The position numbers were made by a program, and so were the translations under genes. A stretch of DNA of 64,000 nucleotides from a virus. Of the stretch, positions 1 through 10,609 are shown one piece after another (the stretch's first letter is position 1; each line of letters begins with the position of its first letter). The stretch is taken from positions 32,001 through 96,000 of IMG/VR virus record IMGVR_UViG_3300045995_000108; one strand, 5' to 3'. The notes under the pieces were generated by a model. That model searched no databases. It saw only the letters and a program-made list of their open reading frames with translations, and had not been told where the DNA came from.

Positions 1-160
1 ATTCTGTGAATTTTGGGACGACAAAAACTCGTACCCGAGGACTATAGCGATTGATAATGCACCTGTTAGCTTGGCTAAGTGACGGAAATTGGTACAACTT
101 AAAATTTTGGTCAGCTTGGATTGTGATATGTTATGTACTTTACTTACTAATGGATTTTGA

Positions 161-778
161 ATGAAAGACGAACTCGAACAGGATCTTTGCAAAAAGTATC
201 CAAAGATTTTCAAAGACAATCGTCATCCTGACGCTCGCGTTTCTGGAATGCATTGGGGCATTTCCGTGGGTGATGGCTGGTATCATGCCATCAACAACGG
301 CTGCTCGCTAGTGCAGAATCACATTGACCACTCACGCAAGCAACGTGTGCAAGCACTGCGATACAACCGCGCGATTAAACGTGCAAAAGGTGGGGACTCG
401 TCCAGTCTACGCAAGACTTTTGCAATGAAAGACGGCACACTGACTCAGTGGCAAGAAAACGCTTTGCAAAAAGTATTTGATGAAGGGATGCAATTCAAGC
501 CAGTGCCTGACGCTTGTGAACAAGTGATTGCAACGCAAGTCAAGGAAAAGTTTGGCGACCTGCGCTTCTACTACCAAGGTGGCGACAGCTTCTGCGGCGG
601 CGTCATTGACATGATGGAAGCAATGACCTCTACTACTTGCGAAGACTGCGGCAACGTAGGTGCCAAGCTTGGCGGCGGGTGGATCAAGGTTCGCTGCGCA
701 CCGTGCATACTTGGCTTCAAGCAATCAATGGCTGACTACGAAGTTGCAGATGACGAGCTAAGTGATCGTAATACCTAA
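161..778 (+). CDS. hypothetical phage protein with C-terminal CxxC...CxxC
   Basis: 205-aa ORF; QVKEKFGDLRFY segment and CEDC/CAPC Cys pairs. Confidence 0.6.
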   Translation: MKDELEQDLCKKYPKIFKDNRHPDARVSGMHWGISVGDGWYHAINNGCSLVQNHIDHSRKQRVQALRYNRAIKRAKGGDSSSLRKTFAMKDGTLTQWQENALQKVFDEGMQFKPVPDACEQVIATQVKEKFGDLRFYYQGGDSFCGGVIDMMEAMTSTTCEDCGNVGAKLGGGWIKVRCAPCILGFKQSMADYEVADDELSDRNT

Positions 779-1257
779 TGAATAAGATTTACTACGAAAA
801 AGTGGGTCGCAAGTACGTGCCAGTGGCAGAGTACGACTCTATGTTTATGGATTCGTTTGCTAAAGGCAATCACCTGGTGATGTGCTATCCAGGCGGAACG
901 TCACGCCGCTTTAACATTGAGCCTGCACTTGCTCCTATGATTGCAGCGGGTAGGTTTGCAGAAGACGAAATGTGTAGGATTATGGTTCTGAAAGCGACTG
1001 AGATGCGCCCGCAGTCAACCCCCGTCACTCCTGCGCAAAAAGACGCCTGGCAAAAACTCAGCGAAGCATTTGGTGACACTTCAACTGTGCTGCAAGGTGC
1101 GGCGATTCGAGACATTGTTGACGAAGGGTTAAAAGCATTGCAAGTAGAAGCTGAAAAGCTATTGCGAAATGAAGCAGTTAAACAAGCGTATGAGCAATTT
1201 CTGTTTATTGCTGCGCTAACAAAGGAACACAATGACAATGCATCTACATCATCCTAG
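778..1257 (+). CDS. hypothetical phage protein
   Basis: 159-aa ORF coupled to the upstream gene (TAATG overlap). Confidence 0.6.
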   Translation: MNKIYYEKVGRKYVPVAEYDSMFMDSFAKGNHLVMCYPGGTSRRFNIEPALAPMIAAGRFAEDEMCRIMVLKATEMRPQSTPVTPAQKDAWQKLSEAFGDTSTVLQGAAIRDIVDEGLKALQVEAEKLLRNEAVKQAYEQFLFIAALTKEHNDNASTSS

Positions 1258-1624
1258 TTTGTCGATGTCAGGTAAGAAAAAGGGCAAGCAAAAGTTTGCC
1301 AGTGCTGAAGCAAAACAACGCCACATGCAGCTCGAGCAAGAATGGGCTATACTTAAAAAGCAACATGGTGCTGACCTAGAAGAAAAGAAACGTTCTCGTG
1401 CAATGGGTGCTGACAATTTGTCATCTTATAGCCTCCAAGCACCACCAGGTCGTGAAACAAAGCATGTACCGTCACGTGGTGATGGTTTAGGATCTGCGGC
1501 ACTGGCACCCGCTAAAGTGTACACAGGCACAGAAATGCTGGGCATTGGGCAATTGCACAAGAGTAATGCAGTTCCAGTGTTCAGATCAGAGGATGCAGCA
1601 GACATTGCACGTATGCGGCGCTAA
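1232..1624 (+). CDS. conserved hypothetical protein of T4-like phages
   Basis: C-terminal YTGTEMLGIGQLHKSNAVPVF motif recalled from T4-like phages. Confidence 0.55.
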   Translation: MTMHLHHPSLSMSGKKKGKQKFASAEAKQRHMQLEQEWAILKKQHGADLEEKKRSRAMGADNLSSYSLQAPPGRETKHVPSRGDGLGSAALAPAKVYTGTEMLGIGQLHKSNAVPVFRSEDAADIARMRR

Positions 1625-1660
1625 ATATATTGTCTAACGAAAGGATAACACAGACAACAC

Positions 1661-1879
1661 ATGGCTAAATCAGATTTAATGAAATTCGCAGGTAAGGTAG
1701 CCGAAGTCCTTCCTGGCGCAATGTTCCGAATCGTACTAGAGAACGAACACAAGATTCTTGCAACATTGGGCGGTAAACTTCGACAAAACAAGATCCAAAT
1801 TTTACTTGGTGACAACGTGGACATTGAAATGAGTCCATATGACCTATCTCGTGGGCGAGTAATTTACAGACACCGATGA
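1661..1879 (+). CDS. infA: translation initiation factor IF-1
   Basis: 72 aa; GKV.EVLPGAMFRIVLEN, GKLRQNKIQILLGD.V, SPYDLSRGRVIYR match IF-1. Confidence 0.95.
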   Translation: MAKSDLMKFAGKVAEVLPGAMFRIVLENEHKILATLGGKLRQNKIQILLGDNVDIEMSPYDLSRGRVIYRHR

Positions 1880-2199
1880 TTAACTTAACTGAAAACGCTG
1901 TAACTAAGATCAAAGACATCTTAGCAGAGGAAAACAACCCGCTCACAAAACTGCGCATATTTGTGCAAGGTGGCGGATGCTCAGGATTCTCGCATGGTTT
2001 CACCCTGGAAACTGAAGCTAACGAAGATGATTTCCAAGTTACTGACTACGGCTTTACTCTCCTGATTGACTCAATCAGCGCACAATACTTAACTGGTGCT
2101 AAAGTGGACTACAAAGAGTCACTAATGGGATCAAATTTCGCCATAGACGTACCTAACTCTACTGGATCTTGCGGCTGCGGCTCTTCTTTCTCAATGTAA
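1876..2199 (+). CDS. erpA: A-type Fe-S carrier (ErpA/IscA/HesB family)
   Basis: LRIFVQGGGCSGF and C-terminal CGCGSSF. Confidence 0.93.
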   Translation: MINLTENAVTKIKDILAEENNPLTKLRIFVQGGGCSGFSHGFTLETEANEDDFQVTDYGFTLLIDSISAQYLTGAKVDYKESLMGSNFAIDVPNSTGSCGCGSSFSM

Positions 2200-2247
2200 C
2201 CATAGTTGTTCTTTTGCTAAATACTACATTAGCAATGGAACAAACTC

Positions 2248-5200
2248 ATGAGTGTAAACTTAACAACGGTCAACATAGGAACTGAACCAAATAAGGGTGA
2301 TGGCGATCCAATTCGCACGGCTTTTGACCTCGTCAATAACAATTTCACTGAGGTTAAAAGCAAGATTGAGGGATTATCCAACGGTGTCATCAACAACGCG
2401 GGATACATAGATACTCAAGTTTTAGTTGCCAACACCAGTACAATCAATGCGTTAACGGTCAGCAACATTGCATATTTTAGTAGCAATGTCATTGCGGATA
2501 GCCTTTATGTAAACACTGCGATCACTGCTAATACAGTATCAAGCATTGGAAACATTACAGTAGGCGATAGCCTAAACGTAACTAATGATGTGATTATTAA
2601 TGGTAGCTTAACCGTGTTAGGCGCAGCGTCAGTAATCAGCTCTACTGATTTAACAGTACATGATTCGTTAATATCGCTGCATACTCCGTCCACTGGTACA
2701 CTAACGTCAGACGACACCAAAGATATAGGTGTATTATTTAATTACTACAAAAGTGGTGCAACAAATGCAGCATTAATATGGTCTAATACCACTGGGTCAT
2801 TGGAGTATTATTCTGAAGGCACGCAAGCATCAGGTAGAATCACTGGTGTGTACGGAGATATAAAGGCTGGTAGCTTTTTTGCAGCCAATACAAGTGCAAA
2901 CTCCATTGGAACAAATGGCGGAATAGCAGCGGCAGGCACAATAACAGCAACTTCATTAGTCAGTACAGATATTTCAGTGACTAACGCTGCAATTTCTGGA
3001 AACTTGACAATAGCAGTTCCATTGGCTGGTAAAAATATTCATGGAAGTTTATACTTAACTGGTACTGACAACGTATACATTAACGGTGAACCAGTAACTA
3101 CTTCTATGTCGCACTTTACTGGCGGCATGGTTCCTAACTTAGCATGGTTTGTTAACGGAGTAACGGCAAACAGTCAAGTTACCTCTACTAGCACTACAAG
3201 TGGTGCGATGACAGTAGACGGCGGGTTAGGTGTTACTGGTAACATCTACGCCGGCGCTATCCGTAATACTCCTATATCAGGTAGCACGGGTGACTTCACT
3301 GCATTGTCAGTAGCATCTACTTTTGCTGCATCATCTGTGTCGTTCTTGGGTGGCTACATTACTAACGTCCACGGCGATGCTACTCAATGGGCGGTAACTG
3401 ATTTTGTTTCTGGTAATGTTAAAATTACTGGCGGAACTATTACTGGTTTGACTGGCTTAGGTGCAGCCAATGCTACTATTACTTCTGGTACTATCACAGG
3501 CTTATCTAACTTAACATCCAGTGCAGCAACTATTACTTCAGGGTCATTGACAGGGCTGTCACAAGTTACAACAACTAACTTGACATCTGCTAATGGACTA
3601 GTAACCAATGCAAATGGTGCACGTATTGCTGGTGACTTCACTAACGCAACAGTAGCTAACAGGTTGATGTTCCAAACAACTGTTACTAACGGTGCGACTA
3701 ACATATCCGCTATCCCACGTGGTACTATCGTGACAACGGCGTTAACGGGTGCGTTTCGCATTGAGGATGCATCATCAATCATAACAGGCAATGGGTCAAG
3801 TGGTGGAATAGAGTTATATCAAGATACAGAACTTCGCTTAGTTTCCTCAACTCGTGGTACTGGTACGTATTTACCAATAACTGTGCACACGAACGGCAGC
3901 AAAGCTGCTCAATTCTCCACTGGTCATGATTTTACAGTTTACAATACTGGCGGCACTGCTGGTGTTATCACGCTGGGTGCAAATGGTGTTGTAACAGCAA
4001 CATCATTTACTGGGCGTTTAATAGGTCTTGCAGATACTGCGACCTTGGCAAACGGCGTAACTTGGGGTAATGTAACAAGTAAGCCAACATTTGCGACTGT
4101 GGCGACTAGCGGTTTGTACACTGATCTAAGTGGCACCCCAATTATTCCAGCAGCACAAGTGCAGTCCGACTGGACAGCAGCATCTGGTGTTACAGCTATA
4201 CTCAACAAACCATCCCTGGCGGCAGTAGCTACCAGTGGTTCATACACTGACTTAACTAGCAAGCCAACTATTCCTACTGTTCCTACAGCAGTGTCGGCGT
4301 TTACAAATGATTCAGGTTACATTACTTCTGCGACCCTTGGTACGTATGGTGTAAGTCAAATTATCGCTGGCACGAATATTGTTATCAGTCCTGCTGGTGG
4401 CACAGGCAATGTAACTATCAGCACTACTGCAACAGCTAATGCATCGTTATTAACAAGTAGCACATTATCGTCTAATGTAACTGCATCGTCATTAACCAGT
4501 GTTGGCACATTAACCAGCTTAACGACAAGTGGCAGTATTACAGTTGGCGGTAACTTGATTGTTAACGGTACAACTACCACAATTAATGCAACGACATTAG
4601 ACGTAGCAGACTTAAATATTACTGTAGCTAAGAATGCGGCGACAGCGGCGGCAGCGAATGGTGCTGGCATTACAGTTGCAGGTTCCAACGCAACGTTTAC
4701 TTATACAAGTGCAGATGATCGCTGGAACGCAAACAAGACTATTAACGGTACAATTACTAATGCTACACTAGCAGCTGGTGTAGATTGGGCCAATGTAACT
4801 AGCAAGCCAACTATTCCAGCGGCACAAGTGCAAACTGATTGGAATGCTGTATCTGGTTTAGGTGTATTACTAAACAAGCCAACACTAGCAACAGTCGCAA
4901 CAAGTGGGTCATACATTGACTTAACTAACAAGCCAACTATTCCAGCAGCACAGGTACAAACTGATTGGAATGCTGTATCTGGTTTAGGTGTATTACTAAA
5001 CAAGCCAACTATTCCAGCAGCACAAGTACAGTCCGATTGGAATGCAGTGTCTGGCATTGGTGTCATCCTTAATAAGCCAACATCGCTACCTGGTGCAAAG
5101 TATACAGAAAGTGCATCCGCACCAAGCGGTCCAACAGCAGGCGATCGTTGGTATAATACTGCATCTGACATCTTGTATCAATACATTGGTACATCGTGGG

Positions 5201-5817
5201 TAGACGTTTTCACTGCGGGCATTACTGCTACGTCAACAGCAACAGCAAACGCTATTGCACAACGTGATGCGACAGGTGGATCAGCATTTAGCACAATGAC
5301 AGCAGCCAATGTATTCGTTACAGGTACCGTAACAACATCCGGTGCAGGCACTGTTAACATTGGTACGAACACGAACAAGTTTGGTACTATCTACGGTACA
5401 GCAACAACAGCGCAATATGCTGACTTGGCTGAGATTTACATGTCAGACAAGAACTACTTACCAGGCACTGTGGTTGTATTTGGTGGCAGAGACGAAATCA
5501 CAGTGAACGACCACGAATACGATACAAGAATTGCAGGTGTCGTATCCACTATGCCTGCGTACTTGATGAACGACGTGGCGGCAGGCTTACAAGAAACTGG
5601 TGCTTATGCAATTCCAGTGGCATTAACTGGTCGTGTACCTTGCCGTGTGCTTGGTCCGATTAAGAAGGGTGACTTGCTAGTAGCATCTAAGTTTGCAGGT
5701 GTAGCAAAAGCTATAAACAACGCACAATGGTTACCTGGATGCGTTATTGGTAAAGCATTATCTGACTTACCTAACGTAGAGATAACAATAATTGAAGTAG
5801 TAATAGGGAGATTTTAA
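2248..5817 (+). CDS. tail fibre/baseplate-associated virion protein
   Basis: N-terminal NIGTEPNKGDGDPIRTAF (T4 gp9/gp10-like), Thr/Gly/Ala-rich body, internal repeats, C-terminal YADLAE-initiated chaperone-like domain. Confidence 0.8.
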   Translation: MSVNLTTVNIGTEPNKGDGDPIRTAFDLVNNNFTEVKSKIEGLSNGVINNAGYIDTQVLVANTSTINALTVSNIAYFSSNVIADSLYVNTAITANTVSSIGNITVGDSLNVTNDVIINGSLTVLGAASVISSTDLTVHDSLISLHTPSTGTLTSDDTKDIGVLFNYYKSGATNAALIWSNTTGSLEYYSEGTQASGRITGVYGDIKAGSFFAANTSANSIGTNGGIAAAGTITATSLVSTDISVTNAAISGNLTIAVPLAGKNIHGSLYLTGTDNVYINGEPVTTSMSHFTGGMVPNLAWFVNGVTANSQVTSTSTTSGAMTVDGGLGVTGNIYAGAIRNTPISGSTGDFTALSVASTFAASSVSFLGGYITNVHGDATQWAVTDFVSGNVKITGGTITGLTGLGAANATITSGTITGLSNLTSSAATITSGSLTGLSQVTTTNLTSANGLVTNANGARIAGDFTNATVANRLMFQTTVTNGATNISAIPRGTIVTTALTGAFRIEDASSIITGNGSSGGIELYQDTELRLVSSTRGTGTYLPITVHTNGSKAAQFSTGHDFTVYNTGGTAGVITLGANGVVTATSFTGRLIGLADTATLANGVTWGNVTSKPTFATVATSGLYTDLSGTPIIPAAQVQSDWTAASGVTAILNKPSLAAVATSGSYTDLTSKPTIPTVPTAVSAFTNDSGYITSATLGTYGVSQIIAGTNIVISPAGGTGNVTISTTATANASLLTSSTLSSNVTASSLTSVGTLTSLTTSGSITVGGNLIVNGTTTTINATTLDVADLNITVAKNAATAAAANGAGITVAGSNATFTYTSADDRWNANKTINGTITNATLAAGVDWANVTSKPTIPAAQVQTDWNAVSGLGVLLNKPTLATVATSGSYIDLTNKPTIPAAQVQTDWNAVSGLGVLLNKPTIPAAQVQSDWNAVSGIGVILNKPTSLPGAKYTESASAPSGPTAGDRWYNTASDILYQYIGTSWVDVFTAGITATSTATANAIAQRDATGGSAFSTMTAANVFVTGTVTTSGAGTVNIGTNTNKFGTIYGTATTAQYADLAEIYMSDKNYLPGTVVVFGGRDEITVNDHEYDTRIAGVVSTMPAYLMNDVAAGLQETGAYAIPVALTGRVPCRVLGPIKKGDLLVASKFAGVAKAINNAQWLPGCVIGKALSDLPNVEITIIEVVIGRF
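4804..5080 (+). repeat. 72-bp coding repeats (KPTIPAAQVQ[T/S]DWNAVSG.GV.LNK) in the tail fibre
   Basis: Near-identical copies start at 4804, 4930 and 5002; a diverged copy lies near 4135-4270. Confidence 0.9.
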
Positions 5818-6452
5818 TGGCGTTTCCAGCAAGTCCGACAAACGGGCAAACAACAACCATAAACAGCGTAACATATACTTTTGCCAGTGCATCTAATTCC
5901 TGGACGAGAACTGGAGTCGTCGTAACTGTTGGTACAGTTTCATCTGCAGGACCAATTACACTTAATGGTGACCAAAACTTAGGTGCAGCAGGTGCGTATA
6001 ATTCTGGGTCTGTAACCAATGGCTGGGCAACAGTATACGCGACTAACTTTGCGGGCACAGCAAGCACCGCAAAGTACGCTGACTTGGCTGAAATGTACAA
6101 GGCAGATAAAGAATACGGTCCTGGCACTGTGCTAGTGCTTGGTGGTAGAGCAGAGGTTACTGAAACTAACATGCCAGCGGACTATAGGGTTGTTGGTGTG
6201 GTATCCACTGAGCCAGCTTACTTAATGAACTCACATTGTGGCGGTATCTCAGTACCAATTGCATTACGTGGGCGTGTTCCCCTTAAGGTAGTAGGATTGG
6301 TGTCGTCAGGTGACTTGCTTATTACATCCGAAGTACAAGGCTATGCTAAGAGCATTGGTGGCGATACGTCGTATGGGCCGGCAATTTTTGCTAAAGCAAT
6401 CACATCACACGCAGGACAATATTTAGGTTCAATTGAAGCAGTTATTTTATAA
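5817..6452 (+). CDS. short virion protein with YADLAE chaperone-like C-terminal domain
   Basis: C-terminal half paralogous to the end of the upstream fibre (YADLAE.Y, GVVST.PAYLMN, ALxGRVP). Confidence 0.7.
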   Translation: MAFPASPTNGQTTTINSVTYTFASASNSWTRTGVVVTVGTVSSAGPITLNGDQNLGAAGAYNSGSVTNGWATVYATNFAGTASTAKYADLAEMYKADKEYGPGTVLVLGGRAEVTETNMPADYRVVGVVSTEPAYLMNSHCGGISVPIALRGRVPLKVVGLVSSGDLLITSEVQGYAKSIGGDTSYGPAIFAKAITSHAGQYLGSIEAVIL

Positions 6453-9001
6453 TGTCATATATTACTTGGAACACTAAATCTGGTTTACTGGGTGCTATTG
6501 CGCAGTCGCAATACTACGAGTTCCCGTTAAGTGCAATTGATTCAAATTCAATGGCGTTACAATTTACGCACATTGCTGGTACTATGCCTATAGGTATGCG
6601 TATTGATAGTACCACTGGTATAGTTAAAGGTGTACCAGTCATTCAAGCTACTGGGCTATCCAAGACAGTGTCTAATATGTTCACTATACGAGCAAGCAAT
6701 GCTAACGGTGTAGTCGCAGATAGGTCATTTACTATAACTGTGAACAACTTTAGTTCTGTCAAAATCAGCATCAACAGTGGCGTGCTTGGCACGTATGATG
6801 ATGGTAAGTTATTATCATACCAATTTACAGCCACGTCAGACAATCCAGCACCACAGTTAACGTGGAGCATCGTTGACGGTGAGTTACCAATGGATATGGT
6901 TACTGGCAAACCCATCACTCTTGATTCAACTGGCCTATTGCATGGACACATTAGCAGACTAGTTGACTCAACTGGAGTTCCGATTGGTTACGATCAGACT
7001 AACGAGGATACATTCCCATATGACTTTCCTGCTGAAGGGCAAGATAGGTCTTATACGTTTACGTTAATGGTGTCTGATGGCGCAAATTTTGATACTGCAT
7101 CCATTAACATTAATGTTGTGGCTAAAGGTCACTTAACCGCTGATAACGCAATTACATTAATCAATAATACATTTCTGACAGTGGATACTGATAACAATTA
7201 TCCACCTGTTATTATCACAGATCCATCCACTATCCCTGTCTTAACAGTGGGCGACAATTTTACGTTTAAATTTGATGCAATTGATCCAGACGATGGTAAT
7301 CACGGCGCGACCAGATGGGGAACGTCTGCAAACATTAGTGCAGCAGGGATGACAATTAGTAACATTACTGGATGGATGAGTGGAACAGTGCCACAGCAAT
7401 CAGAAGCACAAAAAGAGTACACATTTGGTGTGTATGCATATCATGAGACTAACCCAACAGTCCTAAGTGTTATTGTACCAGTAACCATAACCACAGTTAA
7501 AGATAGCTCTAACTATATTACGTGGACCACACTAGCTAAATTGGGCACACTGGTTAACGGAACAATAAGCGAGTACAAGATAACAGCTATCAACAATGCA
7601 GGAAGAGATCTTACGTATTCATTACTGCCACGTTATGCAGTTACCATTAACGGTACCACAGTTAAAGTAGATGCTGCGGATGTATTTGCTGCGATTGCAA
7701 TGGTACGTGAAAAATTACAAATCAACCAGTCAGTTCCAGACAGCGCATTTACAATAACCCCCATTGCGGCTAATATGCCATCTAATTTGTCATTGATGCC
7801 CAATGGTGAAATTGTGGGCCGCTGCGGTTTTGAATACTTCTCAATTGACAATCACTCTGCCAATATCACCGTGGACAATACATCGGGCATTACAACTGGA
7901 ATGAATGTTACGGGACCAGGTGTTGCTGCTGGTTGTCACGTTATAGGTGTTTATGGGCCAAATACAGTCAAGATTCAGCCGTCAGTGTTCATCACTGAGG
8001 GTTCGGAAATCAATTTCATTAACCTAATCACTAACGTAAGCGTAACGAAAGCACTAACTAGCCTAAGTACAACTACTCTAATAGATGGTGGCAAAACGAC
8101 GTTTGATAACTCTTACAACTTCACCGTTAAAGCATCGTCAGTGGATGGTTCAGTGTCAGACACAAAAGTATTCACTATTGCTAAAGAAAATTACAATAGA
8201 GCGCCATATGTTGATGTTTGGTTACGTGCATTATTACTTAAAGAACAACGTGACTTGTATTACAGCATAGTCACTAACACTGACATATTCCCAACTGAAT
8301 TAATTTACCGTATAGATGATCCGTACTTTGGCGTAGCGGACACACTAAAAATGTTATTTGCTCCAGGACTAACTTCTAGCGAATTATCAGTATATGCGTC
8401 TGCCGCAGTGCTAAACCACTACAACAAAACCATCAAGTTTGGTAGCATCAAGACTGCTCGTGCACTAGACGACAAGTTTAACGTGCAATATGAAGTGGTG
8501 TATATTGATGTGGCTGACGACAAAGAATCTAAAGGAAAGTCAGCGGGATTGTCGCAAGAGCCCGGAGTAAATCCATTCTTGTACAATCGCTATCCTGACG
8601 ATAATAATCCTTATGCTTACGTTGCTGACGAGTTTACAACGTTGTACCCAAACAGTTATACTAACATGCGTTACCGCTTGAGCAGTGGCGTTGGGTACGC
8701 TAACCGCGGAGCCCTTCCACGCTGGATGACATCACGCCAAGAAGATGGTAAAGAACTTGGGTTGGTTCGTGCGATTGTCTTGGCTTATACTGTGCCAGGT
8801 GCGAGTAAGCTAATTGCATACAGACTTAAAGACAGTGGAATTGTGTTTAGTGACATACATTTTGTGACTGATAGATATTATGTTGGTACCAGTGCATCAT
8901 CTAATTACAATCCAGTAACAAACGACTTCTTTGTTCCTACTGAGGACACTGATCTAACAGATAAATACATACATTACAAACAATACGGAGTTTACCGATA
9001 A
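6452..9001 (+). CDS. baseplate/structural protein with Ig-like repeats
   Basis: 849 aa, beta-rich FTI/FTV repeats, LPRWMTSRQ near C-terminus, structural-gene context. Confidence 0.65.
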   Translation: MSYITWNTKSGLLGAIAQSQYYEFPLSAIDSNSMALQFTHIAGTMPIGMRIDSTTGIVKGVPVIQATGLSKTVSNMFTIRASNANGVVADRSFTITVNNFSSVKISINSGVLGTYDDGKLLSYQFTATSDNPAPQLTWSIVDGELPMDMVTGKPITLDSTGLLHGHISRLVDSTGVPIGYDQTNEDTFPYDFPAEGQDRSYTFTLMVSDGANFDTASININVVAKGHLTADNAITLINNTFLTVDTDNNYPPVIITDPSTIPVLTVGDNFTFKFDAIDPDDGNHGATRWGTSANISAAGMTISNITGWMSGTVPQQSEAQKEYTFGVYAYHETNPTVLSVIVPVTITTVKDSSNYITWTTLAKLGTLVNGTISEYKITAINNAGRDLTYSLLPRYAVTINGTTVKVDAADVFAAIAMVREKLQINQSVPDSAFTITPIAANMPSNLSLMPNGEIVGRCGFEYFSIDNHSANITVDNTSGITTGMNVTGPGVAAGCHVIGVYGPNTVKIQPSVFITEGSEINFINLITNVSVTKALTSLSTTTLIDGGKTTFDNSYNFTVKASSVDGSVSDTKVFTIAKENYNRAPYVDVWLRALLLKEQRDLYYSIVTNTDIFPTELIYRIDDPYFGVADTLKMLFAPGLTSSELSVYASAAVLNHYNKTIKFGSIKTARALDDKFNVQYEVVYIDVADDKESKGKSAGLSQEPGVNPFLYNRYPDDNNPYAYVADEFTTLYPNSYTNMRYRLSSGVGYANRGALPRWMTSRQEDGKELGLVRAIVLAYTVPGASKLIAYRLKDSGIVFSDIHFVTDRYYVGTSASSNYNPVTNDFFVPTEDTDLTDKYIHYKQYGVYR

Positions 9002-9477
9002 TGACAAGCTTAATTAACCCATCTAACATTGACATCACGTATCCAATTGCAGGCCAAGACAATGATAGCCAAGGGTTTCGTGACAATTTTAAAAACATCC
9101 AGACAGGGTTAGAAACTGCCCGCTCGGAAATCACTATATTACAATCTGACCTTACTTCGGCAATTGCTGATATTGCGGTAAAAGGATTGGAGACCTTGCA
9201 ATACGAAATTCCAGCAACGGGCGCAACGATAACAGTATCTGGCATCACTTCTGTTTTAGTCGTTAAACCTGCCAGCACTATCGCTTCAGCAACCATCGTA
9301 TTCCCAACAACTCCCACAAACGGGAAAACATTAAATATTTCGTTTGGTGCCGACATCACTGCATTGACATTGAGCAGTACTGACACCATCAGTGGTACAG
9401 TCACATCAGCCATAACCAATTCTTATGCTAAATGGGTATATAGCACAATTGGAACAACTTGGTTTAGAATAGGTTAA
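9001..9477 (+). CDS. putative structural protein
   Basis: YPIAGQDNDSQGFRDNF N-terminus, coiled coil, beta-rich C-terminus; coupled to upstream gene. Confidence 0.55.
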   Translation: MTSLINPSNIDITYPIAGQDNDSQGFRDNFKNIQTGLETARSEITILQSDLTSAIADIAVKGLETLQYEIPATGATITVSGITSVLVVKPASTIASATIVFPTTPTNGKTLNISFGADITALTLSSTDTISGTVTSAITNSYAKWVYSTIGTTWFRIG

Positions 9478-9537
9478 TCAAACTCATTGACTCCTGTGTC
9501 CTGATTAGCTTACAATAGCTAACACATAGGAGTTTTC

Positions 9538-9933
9538 ATGGATAACAAACAATATTTGGAATTGAGCGACCGTACTTGCAAGCATGTCGAAACATTGACA
9601 ATGGATGCAAAGAAATATGATTTGATGCACGCCACTTTGGGCATTGCAGGCGAGTCTGGCGAGATCGTTGACGCAGTTAAGAAGAGCGTCATTTATGGCA
9701 AGGAACTTGACGTTGCCAATATGCGCGAAGAAATTGGCGACATTATGTGGTATATTGCACTCGCTTGCCGCACGTTGGATTTTGATCTGAACGAGATTTT
9801 GGACGAGAACATTGCAAAGCTGCAAAAGCGTTACCCAGACAAGTACAGTGACTTCCACGCTGGCGCACGTTTGGACAAAGTAGAAGATGCCATTGTGGCA
9901 GCAGTAGCACAGTCTACGTGGATCGAGCCCTAA
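9538..9933 (+). CDS. MazG-like NTP pyrophosphohydrolase
   Basis: LGIAGESGEIVDAVKK...EEIGDIMWY...NIAKLQKRYP. Confidence 0.9.
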   Translation: MDNKQYLELSDRTCKHVETLTMDAKKYDLMHATLGIAGESGEIVDAVKKSVIYGKELDVANMREEIGDIMWYIALACRTLDFDLNEILDENIAKLQKRYPDKYSDFHAGARLDKVEDAIVAAVAQSTWIEP

Positions 9934-10051
9934 TGCAACTATTAGATCGCGATAAGTTGCTTGAGATTTACGCAATTTTAGTCTCTGGTCGCACTCACGA
10001 AGCGAGATTATTGTTAGCTAAATACTTGAAAATCGAAGAACATTTGACGAA

Positions 10052-10609
10052 ATGATTAAACTTGCGGCACTCTTAATTACAGTATTTTTAGTAGGATGTA
10101 GTTCTGTGCCGCACGTTGAGTCAGTGGCTGAAGCACCAATAATCGAATACAAAGGTGGTGGGGATGGTTCAGTACCACCGCCACCAATGCCTGCGCCAGT
10201 AGCCGAGAATTGCTGTCACACCAGTAGTCAGTTGTTGTCACAAGCATTTGGTCAAACACCAGAGCCAGTGTACACCGAGGGTGAGGGAATGAGTGCCCCA
10301 ACTGCAAGCAAGCCAAAAGCTCAGCACAAGGCAGCAAAGATTGCCACCGCAGTAGTTGGGACCATAATGTCAGCAGCACAAGCAGCGACTGATTCGGTAG
10401 AAACAAAGATAGAGCGTGACGCAACTGGCAGTATTGTTAAACAAGAAGAAGTGATCAAGCACGATTCGATATTAGGAACACTAACCAAAGTTGTTGGCCT
10501 GATAACAGGTATGTTCGGACTATATGTCGGAGCAAAGAACTTCAAAGAGAAATATTATGCATCCACTAGCACCAAGCCTAAAAGACGTACCGGACCAAGA
10601 GTTATATAA
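10052..10609 (+). CDS. lipoprotein with C-terminal TM helix (u-spanin-like architecture)
   Basis: Lipobox LVG-C, Pro-rich linker, hydrophobic ILGTLTKVVGLITGMFGLYVGA, basic tail. Confidence 0.55.
   Translation: MIKLAALLITVFLVGCSSVPHVESVAEAPIIEYKGGGDGSVPPPPMPAPVAENCCHTSSQLLSQAFGQTPEPVYTEGEGMSAPTASKPKAQHKAAKIATAVVGTIMSAAQAATDSVETKIERDATGSIVKQEEVIKHDSILGTLTKVVGLITGMFGLYVGAKNFKEKYYASTSTKPKRRTGPRVI

Noticed and set aside
4804-5080. CRISPR array or DGR template/variable repeats
   Set aside because: Repeats are in-frame coding units without unique spacers; differences are not adenine-specific; no reverse transcriptase or cas gene in the window.
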